NCBI RefSeq assembly: GCF_006345805.1
Contig: NC_043010.1
Location: forward strand, 16,616,001 to 16,680,000
Direction of reading: 5' to 3'
Origin: Octopus sinensis
Lineage: Eukaryota
Length of the DNA: 64,000 bases
Within the stretch, counting starts at the first letter, position 1. Each line of letters opens with the position of its first letter. The position numbers and the translations under genes were made by a program. The notes under the pieces were generated by a model. It was not told the DNA's origin and did no database searches. It worked only from the letters and a program-made list of their open reading frames with translations. Below are positions 52,427 to 64,000 of the stretch, piece by piece.

Positions 52427-52639
52427 TTCTGTAAATAATAATTTTTAAGCTTAAAGCTTGTAAGTGATTACCATGTTTTGGCTAAAAAAAATAATCTAAT
52501 ATTGGTGCATAAATGCCCTCGATGTTAAAACGGGTTGCATCAAAGGCTTCTATGCCTCAATATTTGACTATTTTTTTAGCCAATTTACAGTAATCACTTA
52601 TAAGCTTAAAGCTTATAATTATTATTATGATTTACAGAA
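52427..52639. repeat. Imperfect inverted repeat (~75-bp arms), MITE-like
   Basis: ttctgtaaat...taagcttaaagcttgtaagtgattac...ttggctaaaaaaaata is mirrored by tatttttttagccaa...gtaatcacttataagcttaaagctta...atttacagaa. Confidence 0.7.
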
Positions 52640-52713
52640 CTGTCATTCATCATCACTTCTCCATTTAGTGCAGAAAATGCATGTGTATGTATGTATGTAT
52701 GTATGTATATATT

Positions 52714-52748
<35 letters not shown>

Positions 52749-53113
52749 CTACTACAAATATAGTTTCTTGGTGTTATTTGTTCTAAATTAACTATCATAC
52801 TCTTTTACTTGTTTCATTCGTTTGACTGTGGCCATGCTGAAGCACCACCTTTAGTTGAGCAAATCGACCCCAAGACTTATTCTTTGTAAGCATGGCCACG
52901 GTTAAATGACTGAAAGAGTTAAAAGAGTTAACCAACAATAAGATCCATATCAGAATTTTAATAAAAAGAAAGTTAAGAGTTTGAAACCAGCTGTTCCCTG
53001 AAATATATTGGTGAAAACATGACTTAATTGTAAAACTGAAATTTCAGGCAGAAAGGAAGACACAGAAAATAGGTGAGGTGATCACTGCTGTGTGAAAGTG
53101 AAAACAAACTCAC

Positions 53114-53298
53114 CTTTATGATGTTTATAAAGAAGTACAGCCTCATTGTTACGCAGCGGGTAGGCTATATCCGTTATGTAACTGCCCCCATGTTCCTGAC
53201 CATTGAAGTACTCCAGAAGTTGACTCTTGTCGAAGTTCTCTGGAATGTTTGATACATGCACCTCCATACCTCCACATACACTGCACATTTTGCAGCCA
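53114..53298 (-). CDS. Identical tandem duplicate of the first coding exon (downstream copy); ATG at 53288
   Basis: Same 185-nt exon and same splice sites, offset 682 bp from the upstream copy. Confidence 0.7.
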
Positions 53299-53342
53299 CT
53301 GCAATGAGAAAACAGAGAGAAAAGGGTGTAAGTTGGAGAGAG

Positions 53343-53381
<39 letters not shown>

Positions 53382-53795
53382 AAAAGGAATCAAATAAACC
53401 CAACAAGAAATTACACACACACACACACACCTACTACAAATATAGTTTCTTGGTGTTATTTGTTCTAAATTAACTATCATACTCTTTTACTTGTTTCATT
53501 CGTTTGACTGTGGCCATGCTGAAGCACCACCTTTAGTTGAGCAAATCGACCCCAAGACTTATTCTTTGTAAGCATGGCCACGGTTAAATGACTGAAAGAG
53601 TTAAAAGAGTTAACCAACAATAAGATCCATATCAGAATTTTAATAAAAAGAAAGTTAAGAGTTTGAAACCAGCTGTTCCCTGAAATATATTGGTGAAAAC
53701 ATGACTTAATTGTAAAACTGAAATTTCAGGCAGAAAGGAAGACACAGAAAATAGGTGAGGTGATCACTGCTGTGTGAAAGTGAAAACAAACTCAC

Positions 53796-53980
53796 CTTTA
53801 TGATGTTTATAAAGAAGTACAGCCTCATTGTTACGCAGCGGGTAGGCTATATCCGTTATGTAACTGCCCCCATGTTCCTGACCATTGAAGTACTCCAGAA
53901 GTTGACTCTTGTCGAAGTTCTCTGGAATGTTTGATACATGCACCTCCATACCTCCACATACACTGCACATTTTGCAGCCA
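53796..53980 (-). CDS. First coding exon (upstream copy) of RRM/NID-KH-IDR-macrodomain gene (PARP14/PARP9-like N-terminal architecture); ATG at 53970
   Basis: Pyrimidine tract plus acceptor ttctcattgcag|, start in AAAATG context, donor AAAG|gtgagt (phase 1). It encodes MCSVCGGMEVHVSNIPENFDKSQLLEYFNGQEHGGSYITDIAYPLRNNEAVLLYKHHK, which matches the pattern V-x-V-x-N-I-P...L-x-x-Y-F...GG...AV(L/I) of NMI/IFP35/PARP14 RRM-like domains. Confidence 0.8.
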
Positions 53981-56900
53981 CTGCAATGAGAAAACAGAGA
54001 GAAAAGGGTGTAAGTTGGAGAGAGAAAGAAAGAGAGAGAGAGAGAGAGGGAGAGAGAGATTGCAAAAGGAATCAAATAAACCCAACAAGAAATTACACAC
54101 ACACACACATGTTAACATATGATTAATACCACTGACCAGCATCTTGGCCATTTATTTTTTTTCTTTCTTCAGCCTCCAGTTGACCAACAGTCTGTGTATG
54201 GTATTTGATATCAGAAATGTGTGTGTGTGTGTGTGTGGTCATCCCTCAGAGTTGAAGATGATTGTTCATCAGGTTTAACTCCTCTTGCACCTATATAGCA
54301 CAGGCCAATGTAAGGTCCACAAGTCTAGTGCTGGATCAGGTATTTGTTGTCTGTGAGGTTCCTTCATATGGCTTTCTACACAAACATTTATCAGTGAACC
54401 TTTGGGTTTGTTAACCTCCATCAGAAACACTTCACCTACACTAGTTTTGGTTATTCTCAATTGTGGGAAACACTGAGGATACAATTTTATTACGGGACTG
54501 TCACATTGAGTTGACAGTATATGACCACTAAATCGCTCCACCACCGCTCATGTCTCTGAGACATTTAGAAATTCAATATTTCTAATTTTGGTGATCAGTA
54601 AATAAATTTTACTGAAAATAGCATATATTTGCGAAGGGGTTGCAGTCATCTCAGCGAGTGAGACAGGCTACCCTGAACTGACGGCAAGCAATAGACTCAG
54701 AAACATATGTCTTCAGGTGCTAGTCCCAGCTGGCGGGGGTGATTGCCTCCCCATTGCAAATATAAGGACACAGAAAATGTGTCAAAGCCGACAGGAGACG
54801 TCGATGTTTCCTAGGGCTAAATGGTGGTGGTGTAATTCCCTTACTAGACTGTCACATTGAGTTGACAGTATACGACCACTATACTGAGGATACAGTTTCA
54901 CAAGTTACCTTCAAGTATGTCTTTACACTATTTTCTCTGTCCTCTTGATTTGGCTTTTATTCAAACTGATATTGTGGAAATGATGCCTTCGTAACATGAG
55001 ATATTCTTTCCTCTATTCTGTCACTGAATGGATGTGATTTTTCTCAGACATCTCTGCTGATATATTCCCAGTTTATGGAGATGTTGTCTAGACCTTGTCC
55101 AAATTTCAAAACCATGAATGAGAACACAGCAATAACTCTATACACCACACACTTGGTTGTATCATGTCATCATTTTTATACATCATTTTATGCACCCATC
55201 TTCTTGGAAATATATATTGATAGTCTCTCTCTCTTTCTCTCTCACACACACACAAAGAGACATTGATATATAAACATATATTAATGTTTAATTATATCAT
55301 TCCTTGTTTTAAATCCATAAATCATTGTCAAAGGAATTAGACATAAATTTCCAACAGAATTCTTTAGAATAATGACAACTTGACAGTGAACATTTTGGAG
55401 AGTTTTACCTAATTTACCAGAATTCTACCCTAAGAAAAAGTAAAACACTAATTTCATAGTTTTCAGACACTGTGCCTCAGTGTGCTGATATATCACAGTG
55501 TACAGATGTGCCACAAGGACATGTAGCTAGACTTCAAATTTTTAAAAATATAATAATTTAAGATTTTAGAAAATCTATATAAATGAATTTATATAATTCT
55601 TTTCTAAAATTTTAACTGTAAAATAGTATTTTTAAAAATCTTTCCATGTGGACCAGTGAAGTGTTTTTTTCATCTTTTGGTGTGCAAGGTGACACGTAAA
55701 AAAATTAAAAAAAACATGATTTTTTCATGACTGTTGCCAGTACCGCCTGACTGGCCCTTGTGCCGGTGGCACGTAAAAGCACCTACTACACTCTTGGAGT
55801 GGTTGGCATTAGGAAGGGCATCCAGCCATAGAAACTCTGCCAGATCAAGATTGGAGCCTGGTGCAGCCATCTGGTTTGCCAGTCCTCAGTCAAATTGTCC
55901 AATCCAAGCTAGCATGGAAAGCGGATGTTAAACGATGATGATGATAATGATGATTTCCACCACAAACTCAGATTGGCGGCCATTGCACTAAACTCAAAAA
56001 ACTTCACTGAAAATTGTTAATATTGAGTTATATTTCATTATGGTATATGTACATATACTCATATAGATTTACATGTACACCTGTACATTTACATATACAT
56101 GTATATGTTTACATATAAGAGACCAAAGTGTACGTATGCCACTATATTTCTATGAAAAGGAATACCAAAATTGGGACAAGAACGCAAAACAGACAGATGA
56201 TACAAAAAAGGGACAACAAAATATCCAGACAGATGATACGAAAAAGAAGGATGAGTCATTTGGAGTTTTCTTTCCTCAGTCAAGTTCCAGATTATCTTTG
56301 TAATTTCGGCTAGTTATACTTGAGACTGCTCCAATCTGGCCAGCCCCAAGGATAAACTAAGGTAAGAGCACTAGATTCCTTGGAAGAAAGCAGTGAATGT
56401 ATACGAAAACAAGGATGGAAAAAATGGAGAAATGGTACACAAATACAAATGCAAATAAAGGACATTAACAACAGGTGTCTTTCGACTAAGGATGAATTAA
56501 ATTAAGCTGGTGTGTGTGAGAGTGAAACCTTACAGCAGGGACATAAGAGATGACAGGCATGGGGGGGGATATAGATGTTGCACAGATTGTAGTTGAACCA
56601 AGAAAGAAAGGTCAGGATTGGCCAAACACCGATCACTTGAAGAGAGATGAGAGAGGTAGATGCAGAGGGATAGAAGAATTAGGGAGGGACACATGCATAT
56701 ATTCACATGTACATATCATCATCATCATCATACACACACACATATATATTTACTTATCCATGTATATATTTGCATACACATATATATTTACATATAGACA
56801 TATATTTACATATGCATGCACACACATATATCTGTACACACCAACTAATGGAAGAAGGACATCCAGCATGGAAGACAGGCATTAAATAATGAAGCTATCC

Positions 56901-57904
56901 ATGCTAATATTTAAAGGAAATCATCTCAATAAATCCATGCTTCCTCTTCCTCCTCCTACAAGCACTGAAATCTCATTGGATGCATGGATGCACACCTGAA
57001 TGCACAATCAACTTAATCTACTGTCTCACGCATGTACACACACACACACACACACACACCAGTAGTAAGAACACAAGATTAGGTCTTTAGTCTATTCTTG
57101 TGTATCTGTTTTACTGATTGTTTTTAATTCTTGCAGTATTTTCTATGCATGCATTTTTTTCCCCACCCCCAACACAGACTTGCACACATCTGCAACATGC
57201 ACAATCAATTCTGCAAAATACATGTTTATTCACCTCAAATTAATTGTAATGAAAATTGATGAAGCAGTAAATTGCTATTTGTAAATCCCCATTCTTGCAT
57301 CTGTGTGATTTATTCACTTCAACACAAATCTATCATTAAAACACAAGAGACCTGTTTGGTGGTGTTGCCGTTGTTATTGAGGCATGGAGAATGAGTTACA
57401 TAACATTTTGGGTAGAATTCATTATACTTATCAGGAATGGTATCTCTTGAATAATAAACTCACAACAAACAAACGTTCGATGTATGTTGATCTGCCCAAG
57501 CAGATATTTCTTTTCCTTACAACAAACATATCTGCAGATCTCATTAACATGTTTACCATATTGACACTCAAAGATGGAATTAGATTAAATGGATTAAGCT
57601 TCAATCCTATAACCAACAGTGTATTGTAAGTATGGCCAAGGCACTGGATCTAGAACTGTAAAAAACTAACTACAAAGTAAGACCCCAGCTGCCTCCAATA
57701 GTCAGAGTCTTGTAAAATTGATGAGTGGTTCATAAACTTGTGATTATTTCAATTCCACTTTGGAATAAAACTCAGAGGGGGGCATGGATTCCATCAGGTT
57801 GATTTTCCCAATTTAAACAATATCTGTAGTAGGGACCCACCAATCTTTTTGTTTAAGGGTTTTGTCAATATTGTCCACACATTTTCTCACATATGCCCCT
57901 ACAA

Positions 57905-58110
57905 ATTCAACTGTGAGAACTAGATCATCAGCATAAAGGAGTTCTCATAGACAGCCAGTCTGAAACTCCCCAGTGATGACTTATAAGACTATGATGAATA
58001 GGAAGGTGCTGAGGACTGAGTCTTGATGGAATCGAAGACTCAGTTGTTGAGTCTCACTTCACCTACTACATCTTGCACAGCTCTCACAAGCCATTCATCA
58101 ATGCCTTCAA
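57905..58110 (-). mobile_element. Decayed RTE-clade reverse transcriptase fragment
   Basis: HQDSVLSTFLFIIVL*VITGEFQTGCL*ELLYADDLVL (YADD motif), preceded by LEGIDEWLVRAVQ. Confidence 0.8.
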
Positions 58111-59372
58111 GTTGTCTTCCAATGTGTTCTTTGATCCTATCTATTAAGTATAGTATTTCACTTTGTTGTGAATTTACCATTTATTTTAACTAGATCAGAT
58201 TTTCTTTTGATCTCAATGAATATTTAAGTAGCTGAACAGATCAAATTGATTGTTAAGCATAATATCTTTCAATCTTTTTTGCTGATTATATTCTGAATAT
58301 ATAATTTTAGTCTGGAAACTGATATTTAAACCCCAGAACGATTTTAATTTATGCAGTAATGAAATTCTTGGTCTACAAGAAAAGTTGTAAAGTTGTCATT
58401 TTTGAGTGTTTCTTGATGGCATAAAATAGTGTAAGATAGCGCTTAATTACAATAGAATCAAGTATGTAATTCTAGTCAGAGAAAATTGGTCACGCAATGA
58501 GAAATGAAAACTAGACATTTCTATTAATAATACATGAAATTTAGAAACCACTTTCATATATAAATCTGTATAAACAGATGAAATATCTTTCTGGAATTTT
58601 TGGCCATTCTTATAAAATGGCACCTCTCAAGAATGGCCATTGTTTTTATCTCTTAATACTCAATGTATCTATGCATGCATATACACACATATATGTACAC
58701 ACAAACACACACACATATATATATACACACACACAGATATATGAACAACTGCAACTACATACACACACACCACTCTCTCTCTCTCCCTTCTTCCTTTTGT
58801 ACCTGTCCTCCTCATTAGCCCCGAAATTTCCACCTCTTTTTCCTTTTAAAGCTTATACTCAAACTATTGATTCCATATCTATCTCTGATCTACAACCAAT
58901 CACTTTCCCAACATATTTGAAGAAAATAAGAATGAAATGCTTAGAGAGTCAATAAACACTTCCCAGACTTGATCCTGATCAGCCCCACCCCCACCGACCC
59001 TCCCCCCACCCACTTAGACATTTTTAAAGGTGTTCAGCTTCTCTTTTTTCACTCCCGTCTACATTATTGATATATAATTACCATAGCCTGTCTTTTGGCT
59101 GCCCTATGGCACCCATTATACTTATAAACCATTTACAGATAAACTATCAACACATACAACATTGATTCCCCAACCCAATCTGGCCTCCCCTCCCAGAAAA
59201 AAAAACGCCACAAGCTACACCACCATTCAATAATCGACACCTTATAACACACTTGATAACTGATCAGGAAATTTATTTGATACTGTTTTGTTTTTTTTTT
59301 ATTTTTGCATTTCATTCAGTTTCTCATATTATAAATCTGTGATTACAATGTTTCTGAGGTGAGCTGCAGGCA

Positions 59373-59413
59373 ATTGGCTTTCACTTCCTGGTTACAGCCG
59401 TTTCACTTCACTT
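59373..59413 (-). promoter_or_regulatory. Candidate promoter/enhancer motif cluster: CCAAT, ETS-IRF composite GGAAGTGAAAG, second AAGTGAAAC
   Basis: Minus strand reads gtaagtgaagtgaaacggctgtaaccaggaagtgaaagccaattg, 5.4 kb upstream of the first coding exon. Motif match only. Confidence 0.3.
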
Positions 59414-60688
59414 ACTAATACCCTTTGGTTATGAAGAAAGGAAATCTTACTATTTCCCACTCCCCATTGACTCTATCTCAATCTATCTATCTATCTGTCT
59501 GTCTGTCTGTCTCTTTTCTTCTTTTTATTTATTTATTAGACTTCTTCCAAGAATGAAGCATCAAGTTTTTAACAAATAAACAAAGCTCAATCATTAAAAT
59601 CTGATAAAAACATTGAAAATTGTTACATTGAACTTTAGCTAAGTCTCAGATATTTTTACTGTTCCACTTAGAGATTGTATCAGTAAAGTGCATGTAAACT
59701 GGTCTTTTTCTTTGCTACAAGTTCTAACGTTACCACATTCTCGTATCTGCAAGGCAACTAACATCTATGATTATACATGATTTGTCTGATTTACCTAGAT
59801 AACTATGTCAGGCCTGCTGTGTTTACTGTTGGTAACGTGAATGTTCCAGCAATATTTTTTTTGTTGATATGCATTGACGTATGTGTATATATGTAACCCA
59901 CGATAGCTAAAATGAGGAGACAACTATTATCTAGGCCCTCTAGTGAAAGATATAGTAACTAGAATTGGCAAGGCTTGAACTGCACTAGGGGAAAATGGAT
60001 ACATTGTGGAAAAGGGACCTCACCTTGCAACCCCCCCCCCCCAAAAAAATACCGAGCTTTCAAGTCAGCCTTAAAAACACTATTTCTCTGTGGAGTGTCA
60101 TATTGGACTCTCACTCTCACTAGAGAAGTAACAAACATGATGAAGAGCAAACCTCACAATAAACAACTAAATGGTAACATCTTCAAGGTTACTAAAACTC
60201 TAATTTAGTCTAAAGTTGGACCCTCATGTTTAGCTCCCTTTTAGCCCTGATTCAATAGACCTATGTTGAAAAGGTATTCTAGCTGGGACAGTCTTGTCTT
60301 ACTTCCAGGTATAGTTTATCTAGGAGTACATTAAGAAGGTAGGCTGTGGTGTGAGGAGGGAGATTGGGCTTCTGTTATTAGCGGATTGAGTGGCATAAAA
60401 GTAGAATAGTGGCCCCAGGTCAGCTCTAATTAAGTAACCGTAAGATCAAAGGCACTTCAACCATGACCATCCCATCTTCCTATGTACAAGGAACTTACGA
60501 TTCAATGTGTACCTTTTTAAGTTGTTAGGGTATGATACTAAGGAGATTTGTCTGCTATTTCTTGCAGGTTGAATGGTCATGTGGAGGCATCCATATTAGC
60601 TTCAGCTGAGTAGAGTGTGAGAGGTCAGTTTGGTTAGTTTAGTTGGGAAACAATTACCATATTTTGATGGTCAAATAAGGAAACCACT

Positions 60689-60752
<64 letters not shown>

Positions 60753-61329
60753 TGGCAAGACAGAGACTTGAGCTTGCTACACCTCTGCCCAGTGACATAT
60801 ATCCACTCATCTACACACACACAGACTGTTCAAAACAAGGTGGTTATAATTAAGTTAGCTTTTATAGAGATGAACTACTTTTAATATGGAAAGCTAGGAC
60901 GACAACAACAACAACGGCAACTCTCCTATAAACGTGAAACCACGTGCTGAGGTGGGAGAGAAAATAATCAATACGAAACCATTTTGTCTGCCTGTTTCTG
61001 TTAGTCTTTGATTCTCACTTGTTACCATTTCACTTCACTTTTAGTGTAAACATCCCTTGGGAAAGGCATGAACATCATACACTCTTGTTCATCTTCCACT
61101 GAAATTTATTATCTTAATGCTTATGTAATTAATATTGATTCACTCTGAGTGTGTGTGTGTGTGAGACAGAGAGAGGGAGGAGGAAAGATGGAGAGGAGAG
61201 AGGGTGAAAGACAGAGAAGAAGAAAAAGGAGAGGGAGTACGTATTCCTGTCATCACACAACAAAAGATGGTATTGATGAAGAAAGAAGGAAAGAGAGGAA
61301 GAATAGAGATGTATGGTTTCATGTGTGTG

Positions 61330-61362
<33 letters not shown>

Positions 61363-61754
61363 GCATATACACACACACACACTCTTTCACTCACCCACAC
61401 ATGAAGCCTCAGTGTATAAATATACACAGTGCTCTATTTACCCAGTGAGATTAAATGTGTGGAAACATGTAAATTTATTTACAAACTTTCCTGCAAACAA
61501 GCTATTCCATAATGGTAATTAGTGTGTGTGTGTGTGTACATGCGTTTGTGCATGTGTGTGTGCGTGCATGTATGTGTGTATGTGCATTTGCATTTATGTG
61601 AGTGTGTGTGTGTGTGTGTGTGTGTGCACATATACAGAAGAATTAGGAAAGAGAAGGTACAAAAATGAGATGAAAAGAAAGGGATGATGGAATATGTTGA
61701 AAGATAGATGCATGTGTGTGTAATTGGAGAGAGAGAGAGAGAAAGAGAGAAAGT

Positions 61755-61796
<42 letters not shown>

Positions 61797-62329
61797 AGAG
61801 ATAATAAGACCTAAAAATGGGAGGAAATTGGCAGAATTTTTGAAAGAAATCTATCATTAGTTCAGATGCATTGGTGGCCATTTGGCCATTGATGTGTGTG
61901 TGTGTGTTGTGTAAGTGTGTGTGCCTGAAAAAGAACACACACATGCACATTTGAACTGCAGATAGATAACATGTATATATTGTAGCACGGCCAATACAAT
62001 TGATTAGCTTTGTATAAAAAAAAAAACACTCCTATCTTTTTGCCTTTACAACTTTACTCCTGTGCTGCTAATATTCAAATGCATTCCATTAATTTAAGTT
62101 TTACAAAGATGCAAATTTATTGCTCACAGCCTTTATATACAGCAACAGGCTTTAAAAATTATCCAAGACATAAGTTTTTCTGAAATAACAATATATTTAA
62201 TATTCTAGAATTGTCAGAAAATCCAGGATAACCCAATACGGTATTGATTCTCTGATCTTTTGCCCTTGGTCACTTTTGCTCTCTCCTGATGGAAGGATCA
62301 CAGCACTGCCATTCAGGTGGATGCTCTAC

Positions 62330-62815
62330 CTGTCATTGCTGTAAGCTGTAACCCTGGTGTCTTCATAGATCCGACAGATCCACTTATATAGAAGCCATCC
62401 GAGCGAAGAGCACCATCCGAGTGAAAAGCACCACCCAAGCGTGAAAGAGCACCATCCAAGCGTGATCATTGCCAGAGCGGCTAACTGGCTCCCGTGCCAG
62501 TGACATGTAAAAGGCACCATTTGAGCATGATCGTTACCAGCGTTGCCTTACTTGCACCTGTGCCGGTGGCAAGTGTAAAAAGATTCAAGTGAGGTCATTG
62601 CTAGTACCACCTGACTGGCCCCCATGCCGGTGGCACGTAAAAGCACCCACTACACTCTCGGAGTGGTTGGCGTTAGGAAGAGCATCCAACTGTAGAAACT
62701 CTGCTAGATCAAGATTGGAGCCTGGTGTAGCCATCTGGTTTGCCAGCTCTCAGTCAAATTGTCCAAACCATGCTAGCATGGAAAACGGACGTTAAACGAT
62801 GATGATGATGATGAT
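62330..62815 (+). mobile_element. RTE-tail family element with 17-19-bp tandem expansion at 62393-62465
   Basis: agcaccatccgag(c/t)g units, the family body, and a (GAT)n tail. Confidence 0.7.
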
Positions 62816-63412
62816 GTAGCCAAAGGATAGGGAAGTCTTGGTAGAACATAAGCATCACATAGTTCTTAGCTGGTTTTGGTTTGCCATCATGGCCAGACCA
62901 TTTCACCTCATTGTTGCATATGGCATAAATATAAATGGTGTAGATTGCCAGGTCTTGTCACCCAGCATGTAAAAGATCACACAAGACGGTCTTCAAACTA
63001 GAACATGCTGGAGTTTGGAACTGAGAGGAGTATAGTATTAAATGGATTAGAAAACAAGATGGACCTCATCAACAACTGTAGCACTTAGAAGACAAACAAA
63101 TGGTATTTGGAACAGGTAGGATATCTGTCAGTAATTCAATTCTAACCTGTACAACACTCTTATTTTCCAAATTACAGCTAACATTTCAGAAGCATGGACC
63201 TTCAAATTTGAGGCTACATTCCAGCTAAGTTTTGAAATGCAGTGCTTAGGGGCTAAACAAGGAATAACAATATGAGACAGGTGGAGGAATAGTACCATAA
63301 GAAAAGATCTTCAAATGATGCATATATAAACACACACACACACACACAGAGCTACAAACACACAAACACCTCCCCACTTTACACTAAAGGACCATAAGCT
63401 GGATTTCTTTAA

Positions 63413-63633
63413 CCCTTTCGTTACTGTATATATTTTGAGATGCTCTGTGTTTCTTCCAATTATTTTAAATATAAGAAAGAATTTAGTAAAATAACATCGT
63501 TATCATTGAGCTAGTGTTAGGAACATAAATTGTGACTAAAATTTGGTGGAAATTTTGAATTCAAAACTTATGAAAACAAGACATTTATACTAAAGAGCCA
63601 GAGCTGGTTTCAGCCGGGTTGGTAACAAAAGGG
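63413..63633. mobile_element. piggyBac-like MITE
   Basis: TTAA on both sides. TIRs ccctttcgttac / gtaacaaaaggg. Confidence 0.8.
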
Positions 63634-64000
63634 TTAATAAACCTCTCATCAGACTTATTTCCCCCACGAAATCTGATGATGTTTTGGTAAATGTATTCTT
63701 GATAGGAGTATCCCTATCATAAGCTGAGCACAAGAGATGTGATCACTTGGTTCCACATTTTCCTAACCAAAGCTAAAACTTCTTCTCTCTGGGTTGATAT
63801 CTCTAAACTCTTATTCCTGTCTTTCTCCCCATTCTTGTAAACAAAACCTGAAAGATTTGCTAAGAACCTCTCACCTTTATCTCACTCAGACATTGATGTT
63901 ATTTCGATATGGCACAAAACTCCCTTTTAGCATTTAACAATAAATGATAGTCCTGAACGGCCACTAATGACTAGCTTCAGAACAACCAGTAACTTGGTAG

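Larger units (their letters stand above)
52737..54109. repeat. Tandem duplication, 682-bp period, bounded by (CA)n tracts
   Basis: ctactacaaata at 52749 and 53431; caacaagaaatta at 53401 and 54083. Only one substitution (inside the GA tract) was found by eye. Confidence 0.95.

Noticed and set aside
54275-54544. 89-aa minus-strand ORF upstream of the first coding exon
   Set aside because: No donor linking it in frame to the exon at 53980 and no recognisable motif.
57384-57625. Plus-strand 80-codon ORF with good Kozak (gaggcATGG) ending at a gtaagt donor
   Set aside because: No recognisable domain and no downstream exon found. The opposite strand nearby (about 57430-57830) shows weak, frameshifted LINE-RT-like traces (KS..PDGI..SEFY) next to a clear RT fragment, so chance is plausible. 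Left uncalled; stranded RNA-seq would settle it.
62393-62465. Short regularly spaced repeats superficially like a CRISPR array
   Set aside because: Adjacent 17-19-bp units without unique spacers, inside a known dispersed repeat family in eukaryotic DNA.
63646-63680. CUGAUGA motifs on both strands near the piggyBac-like MITE (and others at about 4532, 23223, 33909)
   Set aside because: No paired stem II followed by GAAA, so these are not hammerheads.

Overview
Repeat-dense, AT-rich animal genomic DNA. The microsatellite load and SINE types suggest a mollusc, most likely an octopus (inference, not verified). One protein-coding gene is well supported, on the minus strand. It has a start-codon exon present as two near-identical tandem copies (53796-53980 and 53114-53298), a 74-bp exon (50745-50818), a 2.6-kb exon (28598-31190) and a probable further exon starting at 28189. 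The splice phases fit together (1, 0, 1). The product is about 950-1020 aa: an NMI/IFP35/PARP14-type RRM-like domain, a KH-like domain, about 650 aa of Ser/Arg-rich disordered sequence and a divergent macrodomain. I could not recognise a WWE or ADP-ribosyltransferase exon in the remaining 28 kb. The 19.5-kb second intron holds five Tc1/mariner elements (DD37D twice, as an inverted pair sharing flank and lesions; DD36E; DD34D twice), RTE and R4/Dong LINE fragments and an RFX X-box. It also holds a canonical type I hammerhead ribozyme (44939-44990), in sense orientation to the gene, inside a roughly 321-bp directly repeated unit. Elsewhere there are a Helitron, Merlin-like, piggyBac-like and mariner-derived MITEs, many SINEs, and a cluster of four inverted repeats at 16.4-17.7 kb. 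Nearly all other ORFs in the track are microsatellite or repeat artefacts. All calls were made by eye, with no database searches.
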